A stretch of DNA of 32,000 nucleotides from Megasphaera elsdenii DSM 20460 (GCF_003010495.1 NZ_CP027570.1:1530001-1562000); one strand, 5' to 3'; shown: positions 14,969-23,594, counted from the stretch's first letter. Notes: generated by a model from the letters alone, not told the origin. A program made the numbers and translations.

Positions 14969-15568
14969 GAAGATGGCCTGGTCGTCATCGAGCATGTGCT
15001 GGAAACAGAAGAGGGTCGCGTCCGTATCGGTCAGGCTGTCGTGCCAGTTGCGGCCGTGGTAGCCGTAATGGGCGGCGCAGTTCATGAGCTTTTCATAGGT
15101 AATGGTCTTCGTTTCCTGATAATGGATGAGGGAAAAGGCTTCGGCCAGGTCGAGATAGATGTCCTTGTCGGGCAGGACGACGCCAGAAGCGTGGAGCTTG
15201 GCGATGTCGTTGAAGGTGCTGTAGCCGACGATGAGGTCTGCGTCCATGAAAAGGCGGCTGACCGTATCGGCCCAGAGGATGAACGGGTCTTCCTGGGCGA
15301 CCTGTTCCGGCGTGATGTGATTGACTTCCATCGCTTCATCCCAGCGTTCCGTATAGAGGGGTTTGAAATAGCGGTTCATGAGGACGTCGCCGCAACCGTT
15401 CATGATGGACAGCTGGATGATTTCTGCGTCGGCTGTGAGGCCCGTCGTTTCCAGATCCAGCGTCAGGATGCGCGACGGGTCGAGGCGGCGGATGGCCTGT
15501 TTGATCTTCGGCGACCGGCGGATGGTCTGGCGCCGGGCTTTTTCTTTTTTCGACAGTACCTTTTTCAT
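14936..15568 (-). CDS. DEDDh 3'-5' exonuclease (DnaQ/epsilon-like domain protein)
   Basis: Exo I LDLETTGL, Exo II YSTFNDIAKL, Exo III WHDSLTDTDAT. AAGGAGG RBS. Basic N-terminal tail. Confidence 0.8.
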   Translation of the reverse strand: MKKVLSKKEKARRQTIRRSPKIKQAIRRLDPSRILTLDLETTGLTADAEIIQLSIMNGCGDVLMNRYFKPLYTERWDEAMEVNHITPEQVAQEDPFILWADTVSRLFMDADLIVGYSTFNDIAKLHASGVVLPDKDIYLDLAEAFSLIHYQETKTITYEKLMNCAAHYGYHGRNWHDSLTDTDATLFCFQHMLDDDQAIFKKRRYPQISG

Positions 15569-15570
15569 GG

Positions 15571-15622
15571 AAAAACCTCCTTTCTTCTCTGCAATGGCTT
15601 TATTATAGGAAGAAAGGAGGTT
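15571..15622 (-). terminator. 14-bp perfect hairpin: terminator for upstream minus-strand genes, whose 3' arm contains the exonuclease SD
   Basis: Reverse strand AACCTCCTTTCTTC, 21-nt loop, GAAGAAAGGAGGTT, then TTTCC-ATG (arms at 15609..15622 and 15574..15587). Confidence 0.55.
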
Positions 15623-15630
15623 CTTGTCAA
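15602..15630 (-). promoter_or_regulatory. Consensus sigma-70 promoter of the exonuclease gene, nested in the hairpin
   Basis: Reverse strand TTGACA (15630..15625), 17 nt, TATAAT (15607..15602). The -10 lies in the hairpin loop and the spacer is the hairpin 5' arm. Confidence 0.65.
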
Positions 15631-15633
15631 TTA

Positions 15634-15768
15634 CTATTTCTTAGTACTGGCACTCGTCGTGGCCTGTGGCTGGCTCTGGCCCGGCCGGTCGACGGAGGTG
15701 AAGCCGTAGACGGCCGTACAGGCCAGGAGCAGCATGAGGAGGAGAGAAATGATTTTTTTAGCTGTCAT
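15634..15768 (-). CDS. 44-aa putative lipoprotein
   Basis: Too short for the ORF track. Reverse strand GAAAGGA..ATG gives MTAKKIISLLLMLLLACTAVYGFTSVDRPGQSQPQATTSASTKK: a basic n-region, hydrophobic core and an LLAC lipobox-like site. Lies 25 nt downstream of the aldehyde dehydrogenase stop. Confidence 0.5.
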   Translation of the reverse strand: MTAKKIISLLLMLLLACTAVYGFTSVDRPGQSQPQATTSASTKK

Positions 15769-15793
15769 AAAGGAAGTGTCCTTTCACGATGAT

Positions 15794-17272
15794 TTATTCG
15801 TATAAGCCGCTCGGTTTTTCCGAGAGGTTGATGAAGATGTTCTTGGTCTGCATGTAATGGCGCATGGTCGTCTTATCCGTTTCGCGGCCGATGCCGGAGA
15901 GCTTGTAGCCGCCGAAAGGTGCGCCGGCCGGCAGGGCGTTGTAGGTATTGACCCACATGCGGCCCGTTTCGACGCCTTTGGCTACGCGCAGGGCCCGGTT
16001 GATGTCGCGCGTCCAGACGGCGCCGCCTAAGCCGTATTCGCTGTCATTGGCCATGGCGATGACTTCGTCTTCCGTTTCAAAGGGCAGGATGCAGACGACA
16101 GGGCCGAAGATTTCTTCCTGGGCAATGCGCATGTCGTTGGTGACGTCGGCGAAGATCGTCGGCTTGATGAAATTGCCCTTTTCCAGTCCGTCTGTCGTGA
16201 CTTTTTCGCCGCCGCAGACCAGGCGTGCTCCTTCTTGTTTGCCGATTTCGATGTAGCTGAGGATCTTTTCGACCTGACGGCCGTCGATCTGGGCGCCCAT
16301 CTGCGTGTCTTCCAGCCAGGGCAGGCCGACTTTGACGCGGTTGAAGCGTTCTGCCAGTTCAGCGACGAATTTGTCGTAGATCCCTTTCTGGACGAAGATG
16401 CGGGAACCGGCGCAGCAGACCTGGCCCTGGTTGAAGAGGATGCCCAGCTGGGCCCCGTCCATGGCCATGTCCCAATCGCAGTCGTCGAAGAAGATGTTTG
16501 CCGATTTGCCGCCTAATTCCAAGGTGGCCGGGATGAGTTTTTCCTGAGCTGCCTTATAGACGTCGCGGCCGATTTCCGTAGAGCCTGTGAAGGCCAGTTT
16601 CTGGATGTCCGGATGGTCGAGGATGTACTGGCCCGACCGGGAGCCTTTACCGGTGATGACGTTGACGACGCCGTCCGGCAGGACGCCTTCCAGGAGGTGC
16701 ATCAGTTCCAGGACGCTGAGGGACGTCGTGCTCGACGGCTTGAGGATGATCGTACAGCCGGCAGCCAGGGCCGGTGCCAGTTTCCAGGCGGCCATGAGGA
16801 AGGGGAAGTTCCAGGGGATGATCTGGCCGACGACGCCAATCGGTTCGTGGATGACCAGGCTCAGCGTGTGGTCGTCCAGCGTCGATGCCCGGCCGTCTTC
16901 ACTGCGGAGGACACCGGCGAAATAGCGGAAATGGTCGGCCGCTGCCGGGATGTCGATGGCTTTCGTTTCCCGGATGGGCTTGCCGTTATCCAGGGTTTCG
17001 ATGAGGGCCAGCGTATCAGCATTCTTTTCGATGATGTCGGCGATTTTCAGGAGGATTGCCTGCCGTTTGACGGGGGATACTTTTTTCCAGGCCGGGAAAG
17101 CGGCCTGGGCTGCGCGGACGGCGGCATTGACATCGTCCTGCGTCGCTTCGGCACAGACGGAGAGGACGTCGCCGTTGGCCGGATTGATGGCTTTAAAAGT
17201 AGAACCGTCGCTGGACGGGACCCAGCGGCCGTTAATATATAAATCGTAAGAAGGGCGGATGACGTGTTTCAT
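15794..17272 (-). CDS. NAD(P)-dependent aldehyde dehydrogenase
   Basis: 492 aa. ELGGKS glutamate box, catalytic Cys box FNQGQVCCAGSRIFV, FTGST, and PFGGYKLSGIGRE. Confidence 0.92.
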   Translation of the reverse strand: MKHVIRPSYDLYINGRWVPSSDGSTFKAINPANGDVLSVCAEATQDDVNAAVRAAQAAFPAWKKVSPVKRQAILLKIADIIEKNADTLALIETLDNGKPIRETKAIDIPAAADHFRYFAGVLRSEDGRASTLDDHTLSLVIHEPIGVVGQIIPWNFPFLMAAWKLAPALAAGCTIILKPSSTTSLSVLELMHLLEGVLPDGVVNVITGKGSRSGQYILDHPDIQKLAFTGSTEIGRDVYKAAQEKLIPATLELGGKSANIFFDDCDWDMAMDGAQLGILFNQGQVCCAGSRIFVQKGIYDKFVAELAERFNRVKVGLPWLEDTQMGAQIDGRQVEKILSYIEIGKQEGARLVCGGEKVTTDGLEKGNFIKPTIFADVTNDMRIAQEEIFGPVVCILPFETEDEVIAMANDSEYGLGGAVWTRDINRALRVAKGVETGRMWVNTYNALPAGAPFGGYKLSGIGRETDKTTMRHYMQTKNIFINLSEKPSGLYE

Positions 17273-17343
17273 GAGAGCACTTCCTTTCTGAGAGTCTGCG
17301 GAGCAGATATAGTTAAAAATAATTATTTGTTAATTATAAATTC

Positions 17344-17373
17344 ATTATACCATAAGTGTACCAAAATGGTCAA
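17344..17373 (-). promoter_or_regulatory. Promoter of the aldehyde dehydrogenase gene
   Basis: Reverse strand TTGACC (17373..17368), 18 nt, TGgTATAAT with TATAAT at 17349..17344. Confidence 0.55.
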
Positions 17374-17413
17374 CAATGGGAAATTTTTCACGGTCTCTGT
17401 GCCGGACAAATGA

Positions 17414-17442
17414 TTGCAAATATTGGCAAAGCAAGCTAAAAT
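17414..17442 (+). promoter_or_regulatory. Promoter of the HAD / M16 / gluQ run
   Basis: TTGCAA (17414..17419), 17 nt, TAAAAT (17437..17442). Confidence 0.5.
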
Positions 17443-17484
17443 AGATAGGGTACACATTAAGTATAGTTTTAACAGGAGAAGATT

Positions 17485-18132
17485 ATGTATAAATACGTTT
17501 TATTCGATCTGGACGGTACGCTGACCGATTCTAAAGACGGCATCATCAATTCCGTTGCCTATGCCCTGGAAAAAATGGGCGAATCGACAGAAGGCCGGCT
17601 GGACCAGCACACCGTCGTCGGGCCGCCGCTCTTGACGACTTTTGAAGAAGTCTATGGCTTTTCGCCGGAAAAGGCGCGCCGGACTTATGCCTATTTCCAG
17701 GAACGCTACAGCACGATCGGCAAGTTCGAGAACCGGGCTTTCGACGGCATCGTTCCCATGCTGAAGACCATGAAAGAAGCGGGCATCCGCTCGTTTGTCG
17801 CTACATCCAAACCCCAGGTCCATGCCGAAGCGATTTGCCAGAAATTCGGCATCGCGCCTTACGTGGAAGCCATTGCCGGGCCTGCCGTCGGCGGTACCGA
17901 TACGAAAGCCGATGTCATGCGCCGTATCCTGGATGGCCTGGGCCCGCTGCAGCCAGGCGATGCCGTCATGGTCGGCGACCGCCGCTTCGATGTCATCGGA
18001 GCCCACGAACTGGGCCTGCCCGTCATATATGTCACCTATGGGTATGGCAATGAAGCGGAACGGAAGGCCTTCCAGCCAGAGTATACGGCCGATACCGTAG
18101 CGGCTCTGGGCCAGCTGCTTTTGCAGGCTTAG
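17485..18132 (+). CDS. HAD-superfamily phosphatase (phosphoglycolate phosphatase-like, subfamily IA)
   Basis: Motif I FDLDGTLTDS, motif II ATSK, motif III/IV VGDRRFDVIGA. Confidence 0.85.
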   Translation: MYKYVLFDLDGTLTDSKDGIINSVAYALEKMGESTEGRLDQHTVVGPPLLTTFEEVYGFSPEKARRTYAYFQERYSTIGKFENRAFDGIVPMLKTMKEAGIRSFVATSKPQVHAEAICQKFGIAPYVEAIAGPAVGGTDTKADVMRRILDGLGPLQPGDAVMVGDRRFDVIGAHELGLPVIYVTYGYGNEAERKAFQPEYTADTVAALGQLLLQA

Positions 18133-18177
18133 CAAGCCCATCATATACATTATATATACGATAAGGAGCATTTTTTT

Positions 18178-21099
18178 ATGAAATTACAAGAAAAACAGAC
18201 TATCCATGGCTTTGCCGTCGACCGGTCCCGTTACGTACCGGAACTACACAGCCAGGCTTATGAGCTGCACCACATCCAGTCCGGTGCCCGCTTGTTATAT
18301 ATCCAGAATGATGACGACAATAAAGTCTTTTCCATTTCTTTCCGGACGACGCCGTCTGACAGCACGGGCGTACCCCATATCTGCGAACATTCTACCCTTT
18401 GCGGCTCCCGGAAGTTCCCCCTCAAGGAACCCTTCGTCGAACTGGTAAAGGGTTCGCTCAACACCTTCCTCAATGCCATGACGTTCCCGGACAAGACCAT
18501 GTATCCCGTAGCCAGCCGCAACGCTGCCGATTTCAAGAACCTCATGGATGTCTATCTGGATGCCGTCTTTTTCCCGAACATGATCAAAGATAAACAGGTC
18601 CTCATGCAGGAAGGCTGGCACTATCATCTCGATTCGGCCGATAGTGAGCTGACTTATCGCGGTGTCGTTTATAACGAAATGAAAGGCGTCTTTTCTTCGC
18701 CGGATTCGCAGATGGAACGGCACGTCATGGATGCCCTCTTCCCGGATACGACGTATGGCGTCGAATCGGGCGGCAATCCCGATGATATCCCCAACTTGAC
18801 ACAGGAATCCTTTGCTGCCTTCCACGCCAAATATTATCATCCGTCGAACAGTTACCTCTTCCTCTACGGCGATATGGATATCGACCAGACCCTGGCCTTC
18901 ATCGATGGGGAATACCTGAGCCAGTTCCATGTCCAGTCTGTCGATTCGGCCATCGGCCGCCAGACTTGCCCGGGCAGCCAGGTCAAGACCTATCCCTATG
19001 GCATTGCGACGGGAGAAAAGACGGATCACAAGACCCTGCATAGCCTGACCTATGTCATCGACGATGCCCTGGACCCGACCGTAGCCATGGCTTTCAAAGT
19101 CCTGACTTATGTCCTCTTGCAGTCGCCGGCAGCTCCGCTGAAAAAGGCCCTGGTCGATGCCGGACTGGGCAAGGATATTTCCGGTGATTTCCAGGATGGC
19201 ATCTTGCAGCCTTTGTGGGGCATTTCTGTCAATGGGTCGGATCCGGACAAACAGGCTCAGATCCTGCCGCTCGTCCGCAAGGTCCTCAGCGATATGGTCC
19301 GCAGCGGCCTGGACAAGACCTTGCTCACAGGCGCCCTGAACCGGACGGAATTTGCCCTGCGTGAAGCCGATTTCGTCGGCCGCCCGAAGGGACTCATCTA
19401 TGGCATCCGCTGCATGGATACGTGGCTCTACGATATGGATCCCCTGGCAGCCCTGTCCTATGAAGGGGCACTGGAAACGTTGCGCCGCGGCATCGACAAC
19501 GGTTATTTCGAAGGGCTGATCCAGAAATATATCCTGGATAATCCTTATTATGCTCTCGTGTCCTTAGTCCCTGAACCGGGCCTGACGGAACGGCACGACA
19601 AGGCTCTGGCCGATAAGCTGGCGGCCTACAAGGCTTCGCTTTCGAAAGAAGAAATCGATGCCATCGTAGCTGATTCCCAGGCCCTGCAGAAACGGCAGGC
19701 TACGCCCGATTCGCCGGAAGCCCTGGAAACGATCCCGACCCTGACCCGGGACGACCTGGAAAAGAAGGTCGATTCGATTGCCATGGAACAGCAGACGATG
19801 GATGGCGTCACGGTCTGCTATGTCCCGGATGAAACGAACGGCATTACCTATGTCAACGCCTACTTCGACCTCCACGGCCTGACGCGGGAAGAAATTTCCT
19901 ATGTCTATCTGCTCAGCGACCTCATCGGCGACATGGACACGACAGACCACACGTATGGGGACATCGCCTCGCTCATCGACCTGTATACCGGCGGCATCGA
20001 CTACAGTGTCTCGGCTTTCTCAAACCGGACAGACAATAAGGATTACATGCCTGTTTTCCGCTTCAAGGCCAAGGGCTTGACACAGAACCTGGACAAACTC
20101 GTCGATTTGTTGAAGGAAATATCCCTGCACACGGTTTTCACCAATAAGGACCGCCTGGCTGAGCTCGTCGAAGAAACGAAGGCCGGCTGGGATATGGATG
20201 CGTTCCGCCGGGGTCATACGATCGTCATGCACCGCGTCTTGTCCTATGTTTCGCCTGTCGAAGCTTTCTGCGACGCCGGGGAATTGTCCTATTACCAATT
20301 CATTACGGACATCGCCGGACGCATCCGCAGCGATGCCGATGAAATCGGCGCCAAACTGTCTGCCGTCATGAAAAAAATCTTTACCCGTTCGGCCCTGACT
20401 TTGGAAGTGACGGCCAGCCAGGAAGACTGGAAGACGGCCAAAGTCGTCGTACCGGCGTGGATCCAAGCCTTGCCGCAGGGCGAAAAGCCCCAGGGCTTGT
20501 GCGATTTCGGCCTGTCCCGGAAGAATGAAGGCATCATGACCAGCGGGACGGTCCAGTACGTAGCCAAAGGCGGCAACTTCCGCAGCCATGGCTATGACTA
20601 CGACGGCTCCCTCATGGTCCTCGACACGATTCTCCAATACGGTTATTTGTGGACGAAAATCCGCGTCCAGGGCGGGGCTTACGGCGCCTTTACCCGCTTC
20701 TATGACAATGGCGACATGGTCTTCTGCTCGTACCGTGACCCCAATCTCCGCTCCAGCGTCGAAGCCTATGACGCCTTGGCCGATTATCTGGAATCCTTTG
20801 ATGTATCGGATCGGGAAATGACGAAATACGTCATCGGGACGCTGAGCCGCATTGACGTACCCCTGACGCCGTCCCTGCGCGGAGCCAAGGCCATGAGCCG
20901 GTACTTTACGGGCACGACGGAAGCCATTGCCCAGCAGCGCCGGGATCAGCTCCTGGCGACGACGGCTGCCGATATCCGGGCCCTGGCACCGCGTATCCGT
21001 GCCGTCATGGAAGACGACAACGTCTGCGTCATGGGCAGTGAAGCCAAGATCCGCGAAGCGAAGGATTTGTTTGCCAACCTCGTTTCGCTGCCTGATTAG
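18178..21099 (+). CDS. M16C insulinase-family zinc metallopeptidase (PreP/Cym1-like, ~970 aa)
   Basis: Inverted zinc motif HxxEH (GVPHICEHSTLCGS), downstream NAMTFPDKTMYP and YNEMKG blocks. The four-domain length is typical of M16C. Confidence 0.85.
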   Translation: MKLQEKQTIHGFAVDRSRYVPELHSQAYELHHIQSGARLLYIQNDDDNKVFSISFRTTPSDSTGVPHICEHSTLCGSRKFPLKEPFVELVKGSLNTFLNAMTFPDKTMYPVASRNAADFKNLMDVYLDAVFFPNMIKDKQVLMQEGWHYHLDSADSELTYRGVVYNEMKGVFSSPDSQMERHVMDALFPDTTYGVESGGNPDDIPNLTQESFAAFHAKYYHPSNSYLFLYGDMDIDQTLAFIDGEYLSQFHVQSVDSAIGRQTCPGSQVKTYPYGIATGEKTDHKTLHSLTYVIDDALDPTVAMAFKVLTYVLLQSPAAPLKKALVDAGLGKDISGDFQDGILQPLWGISVNGSDPDKQAQILPLVRKVLSDMVRSGLDKTLLTGALNRTEFALREADFVGRPKGLIYGIRCMDTWLYDMDPLAALSYEGALETLRRGIDNGYFEGLIQKYILDNPYYALVSLVPEPGLTERHDKALADKLAAYKASLSKEEIDAIVADSQALQKRQATPDSPEALETIPTLTRDDLEKKVDSIAMEQQTMDGVTVCYVPDETNGITYVNAYFDLHGLTREEISYVYLLSDLIGDMDTTDHTYGDIASLIDLYTGGIDYSVSAFSNRTDNKDYMPVFRFKAKGLTQNLDKLVDLLKEISLHTVFTNKDRLAELVEETKAGWDMDAFRRGHTIVMHRVLSYVSPVEAFCDAGELSYYQFITDIAGRIRSDADEIGAKLSAVMKKIFTRSALTLEVTASQEDWKTAKVVVPAWIQALPQGEKPQGLCDFGLSRKNEGIMTSGTVQYVAKGGNFRSHGYDYDGSLMVLDTILQYGYLWTKIRVQGGAYGAFTRFYDNGDMVFCSYRDPNLRSSVEAYDALADYLESFDVSDREMTKYVIGTLSRIDVPLTPSLRGAKAMSRYFTGTTEAIAQQRRDQLLATTAADIRALAPRIRAVMEDDNVCVMGSEAKIREAKDLFANLVSLPD

Positions 21100-21111
21100 G
21101 ATGTGAGTGCT

Positions 21112-22035
21112 ATGCGCGGACGTTTTGCGCCGAGCCCGACGGGTTATATCCACTTAGGCAATGTCTGGTCGGCCCTCCTGGCCTGGCTGCAGGTACGCCA
21201 GGCCGGCGGGACGCTGGTCCTGCGGATTGAAGATATCGACGAACAGCGGTCGAAGCCTATCTATACCCAGGCCCTGATGGAAGATTTGCACTGGCTGGGC
21301 CTTAACTGGGATGAAGGCCCGGATGTAGGCGGTCCTTATGGCCCGTACATCCAGCAGGAACGGTATGACCGCTATGATGCGGCCCTGGAGAAGCTCCATA
21401 AGGCCGGCCTCCTGTATCCCTGCTATTGCAGCCGGGCCCGCCTGCAGGCTGTCGGCGCTCCCCATGCCGGCGAGCACACCGTTTATGACGGCCATTGCTA
21501 CGGTATGAGCGAAGCCCAGCGGCAGCAGATGACCAAGAAGCCGTCGTGGCGGGTCCATGTACCGGCGCGGATCATTTCCTTTACGGACGGCGTCTACGGG
21601 ACCTTCCATGAAGACCTGGCGCGCTGCTGCGGCGACTTCGTTGTCCGCCGGGCCGATGACATGTATGCCTACCAGCTGGCCGTTTCCGTCGATGACGGAG
21701 CCATGGCCGTGACCTATGTCCTGCGCGGGGAAGACCTCCTGTCATCGACGGCCCAGCAGATTTGGCTCATGGAAACTTTGGGATATACACCGCCTGTATA
21801 TACCCACGTCCCCATGCTCGTCGATGAATACGGCAACCGTTTATCCAAGCGCCAGCACGGCATCACCATCCGCTCACTGCGGGAACGGGGCATGACGGCT
21901 GAGGCCATCTTGTCGCACCTGGCCTATGCCGGCGGCCTGGTGCCGGAACGGCGCAGCTACAGCAGGGACGAACTTATCCGCTGCTGCGATTTCCGTAAAT
22001 TGCGGAAAGAGCCCATTGTCGTAAAAATGCTGTAG
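21112..22035 (+). CDS. gluQ: tRNA glutamyl-Q(34) synthetase (truncated GluRS paralogue)
   Basis: MRGRFAPSPTGYIHLGN (HIGH-type), RIEDID, zinc site CYCSR..YDGHC, RLSKRQ (KMSKS-type). About 307 aa with no anticodon-binding domain. Start at ATG 21112 (the track GTG at 21103 is also possible). Confidence 0.85.
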   Translation: MRGRFAPSPTGYIHLGNVWSALLAWLQVRQAGGTLVLRIEDIDEQRSKPIYTQALMEDLHWLGLNWDEGPDVGGPYGPYIQQERYDRYDAALEKLHKAGLLYPCYCSRARLQAVGAPHAGEHTVYDGHCYGMSEAQRQQMTKKPSWRVHVPARIISFTDGVYGTFHEDLARCCGDFVVRRADDMYAYQLAVSVDDGAMAVTYVLRGEDLLSSTAQQIWLMETLGYTPPVYTHVPMLVDEYGNRLSKRQHGITIRSLRERGMTAEAILSHLAYAGGLVPERRSYSRDELIRCCDFRKLRKEPIVVKML

Positions 22036-22050
22036 GGGCGCTCTTTCAAC

Positions 22051-22080
22051 TCGAACTACGAACCACGAGCCACGAATCAC
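22051..22080. repeat. Tandem heptamer array related to the 10335..10464 element
   Basis: TCGAACT ACGAACC ACGAGCC ACGAATC AC. It contains the 10-mer ACGAACCACG (22058..22067), also present at 10445..10454 and as its reverse complement at 10348..10357. Confidence 0.6.
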
Positions 22081-22082
22081 TA

Positions 22083-22130
22083 AGAAGTTTTGTCTGAAAG
22101 AAGAAACTTTCAGGCAAAGCTTCTTTTTTT
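22083..22130 (+). terminator. Intrinsic terminator after gluQ
   Basis: AGAAGTTTTGTCTGAAAG-aagaaa-CTTTCAGGCAAAGCTTCT followed by a T-run. Confidence 0.75.
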
Positions 22131-22140
22131 CTCCATTGTG

Positions 22141-22170
22141 TTGTCACGACGTGTGTAAATGTGGTAAAAT
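22141..22170 (+). promoter_or_regulatory. Pmra promoter of the dcw cluster
   Basis: TTGTCA (22141..22146), 18 nt, TGgTAAAAT with TAAAAT at 22165..22170. Confidence 0.6.
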
Positions 22171-22185
22171 GTGGTGAAAAGTGAA
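22151..22185 (+). promoter_or_regulatory. Candidate MraZ operator: four GTG(G/T)-type boxes phased at 10 bp
   Basis: GTGTGtaaat GTGGTaaaat GTGGTgaaaa GTGAAagg, with boxes starting at 22151, 22161, 22171 and 22181. They overlap the -10 and the leader. Confidence 0.55.
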
Positions 22186-22200
22186 AGGAGTTGCGGCCTT

Positions 22201-22641
22201 ATGTTTATGGGTGAATATGAACATTCCATTGACGCAAAAGGTCGCGTTATTTTGCCTGTCAAATTTCGGGATGAACTAGGGCCAAAGTTCGTCGTTACCC
22301 GCGGTTTGGAAGGCTGTCTTTCTGTCTATACGATGGAGGCGTGGATGCGTTTGGCCGGCAGTTTGAAGAAACTCCGGGCGTCTAAAGAAAACGTCCGCGC
22401 CTTCAAGCGGTTTGTCTTCGGCAGTGCTGCTGAAGTAGAATTTGATAAACAAGGCCGCATCCTGATTCCGGCGACATTGAGGGCCTATGCCAAGCTGGTC
22501 AAGGATGTGACTGTCCTGGGGACAGGGGATAAGGTCGAAATCTGGAGCAAAGACGTTTACGAAGCCTATGCCGCCAAGACCATACCGGTCATGGAAGAGA
22601 TCGCAGAAAGTCTCGACGATTCCCTGGACTTGGACTTTTAG
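22201..22641 (+). CDS. mraZ: Transcriptional regulator MraZ
   Basis: ATG at 22201 lies 10 nt after AAAGGAG. MFMGEYEHSIDAKGRVILPVKFR and a second DKQGRILIPATLR SpoVT/AbrB-like repeat. The track start at 22171 lies in the operator. Confidence 0.92.
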   Translation: MFMGEYEHSIDAKGRVILPVKFRDELGPKFVVTRGLEGCLSVYTMEAWMRLAGSLKKLRASKENVRAFKRFVFGSAAEVEFDKQGRILIPATLRAYAKLVKDVTVLGTGDKVEIWSKDVYEAYAAKTIPVMEEIAESLDDSLDLDF

Positions 22642-22649
22642 GAGGAATT

Positions 22650-23582
22650 ATGAATTTTCATCACGTCAGTGTGCTTCGCCAAGAAACCATAGATAACTTG
22701 ATCACCGACCCTGACGGGATTTATGTCGATTGCACACTTGGCGGCGGCGGTCATTCCCGGGCACTGGCCGGGCGCTTGTCGGCCAAGGCGACGCTTATCG
22801 GCCTTGACCAGGATAAGGATGCCATTGCAGCCGCGACGGAACGCTTGAAGGATACTGCCTGCCGGCGCATATTGGTACAGCGGAATTTCCGTTATCTGCC
22901 AGACGTACTCGATGAATTGGGGATTGAAAAAGTAGACGGCGTCATGTTCGATTTGGGCGTATCCAGTTATCAGCTCGATACACCGGAACGGGGATTTTCC
23001 TATATGCAGGACGGGCCCCTGGATATGAGGATGGACCGGGACCAGAAGCGCAGTGCCTACGATATCGTCAATGGCTACAGCCAGGCTGATTTATACCGCA
23101 TCATCAAGACCTACGGCGAAGAACGATGGGCCAAGCGCATTGCGGCGTTTATCGTCGAAGCGCGGCGGGAAAAGCCTTTGGAACGGACGGAGGAACTGGT
23201 CCAGGTCATCAAGAAGGCCATCCCGGCCGGCGCCCGTAAGGACGGCCCCCATCCGGCCAAGCGGACTTTCCAGGCCATCCGTATTGAAGTCAACGATGAG
23301 CTGGGAATCCTTCACGATTCCCTGGAACACGCTGCCCAGCGCCTGAAGCCAGGCGGCCGGCTGTGCGTCATCACCTTCCATTCCCTGGAAGACCGCATTG
23401 CCAAACAGACATTGAGGCTCTTGGCGACAGACTGTATCTGTCCGCCGGACATGCCGGTTTGTACGTGCCATCATCATGCCATCCTGAAAGTGAAGCGCCA
23501 GCCTATCCTGCCGTCACAGGAAGAACTGGATACGAATCCGAGGGCCCGCAGTGCGAAGCTTCGCGTCGGTGTCCGCAAATAA
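22650..23582 (+). CDS. rsmH: 16S rRNA (cytosine1402-N4)-methyltransferase
   Basis: HVSVLRQE, DCTLGGGGHS, FDLGVSSYQLD and SLEDRIAK motifs. Confidence 0.93.
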   Translation: MNFHHVSVLRQETIDNLITDPDGIYVDCTLGGGGHSRALAGRLSAKATLIGLDQDKDAIAAATERLKDTACRRILVQRNFRYLPDVLDELGIEKVDGVMFDLGVSSYQLDTPERGFSYMQDGPLDMRMDRDQKRSAYDIVNGYSQADLYRIIKTYGEERWAKRIAAFIVEARREKPLERTEELVQVIKKAIPAGARKDGPHPAKRTFQAIRIEVNDELGILHDSLEHAAQRLKPGGRLCVITFHSLEDRIAKQTLRLLATDCICPPDMPVCTCHHHAILKVKRQPILPSQEELDTNPRARSAKLRVGVRK

Positions 23583-23594
23583 CGGGGCCGGGCT

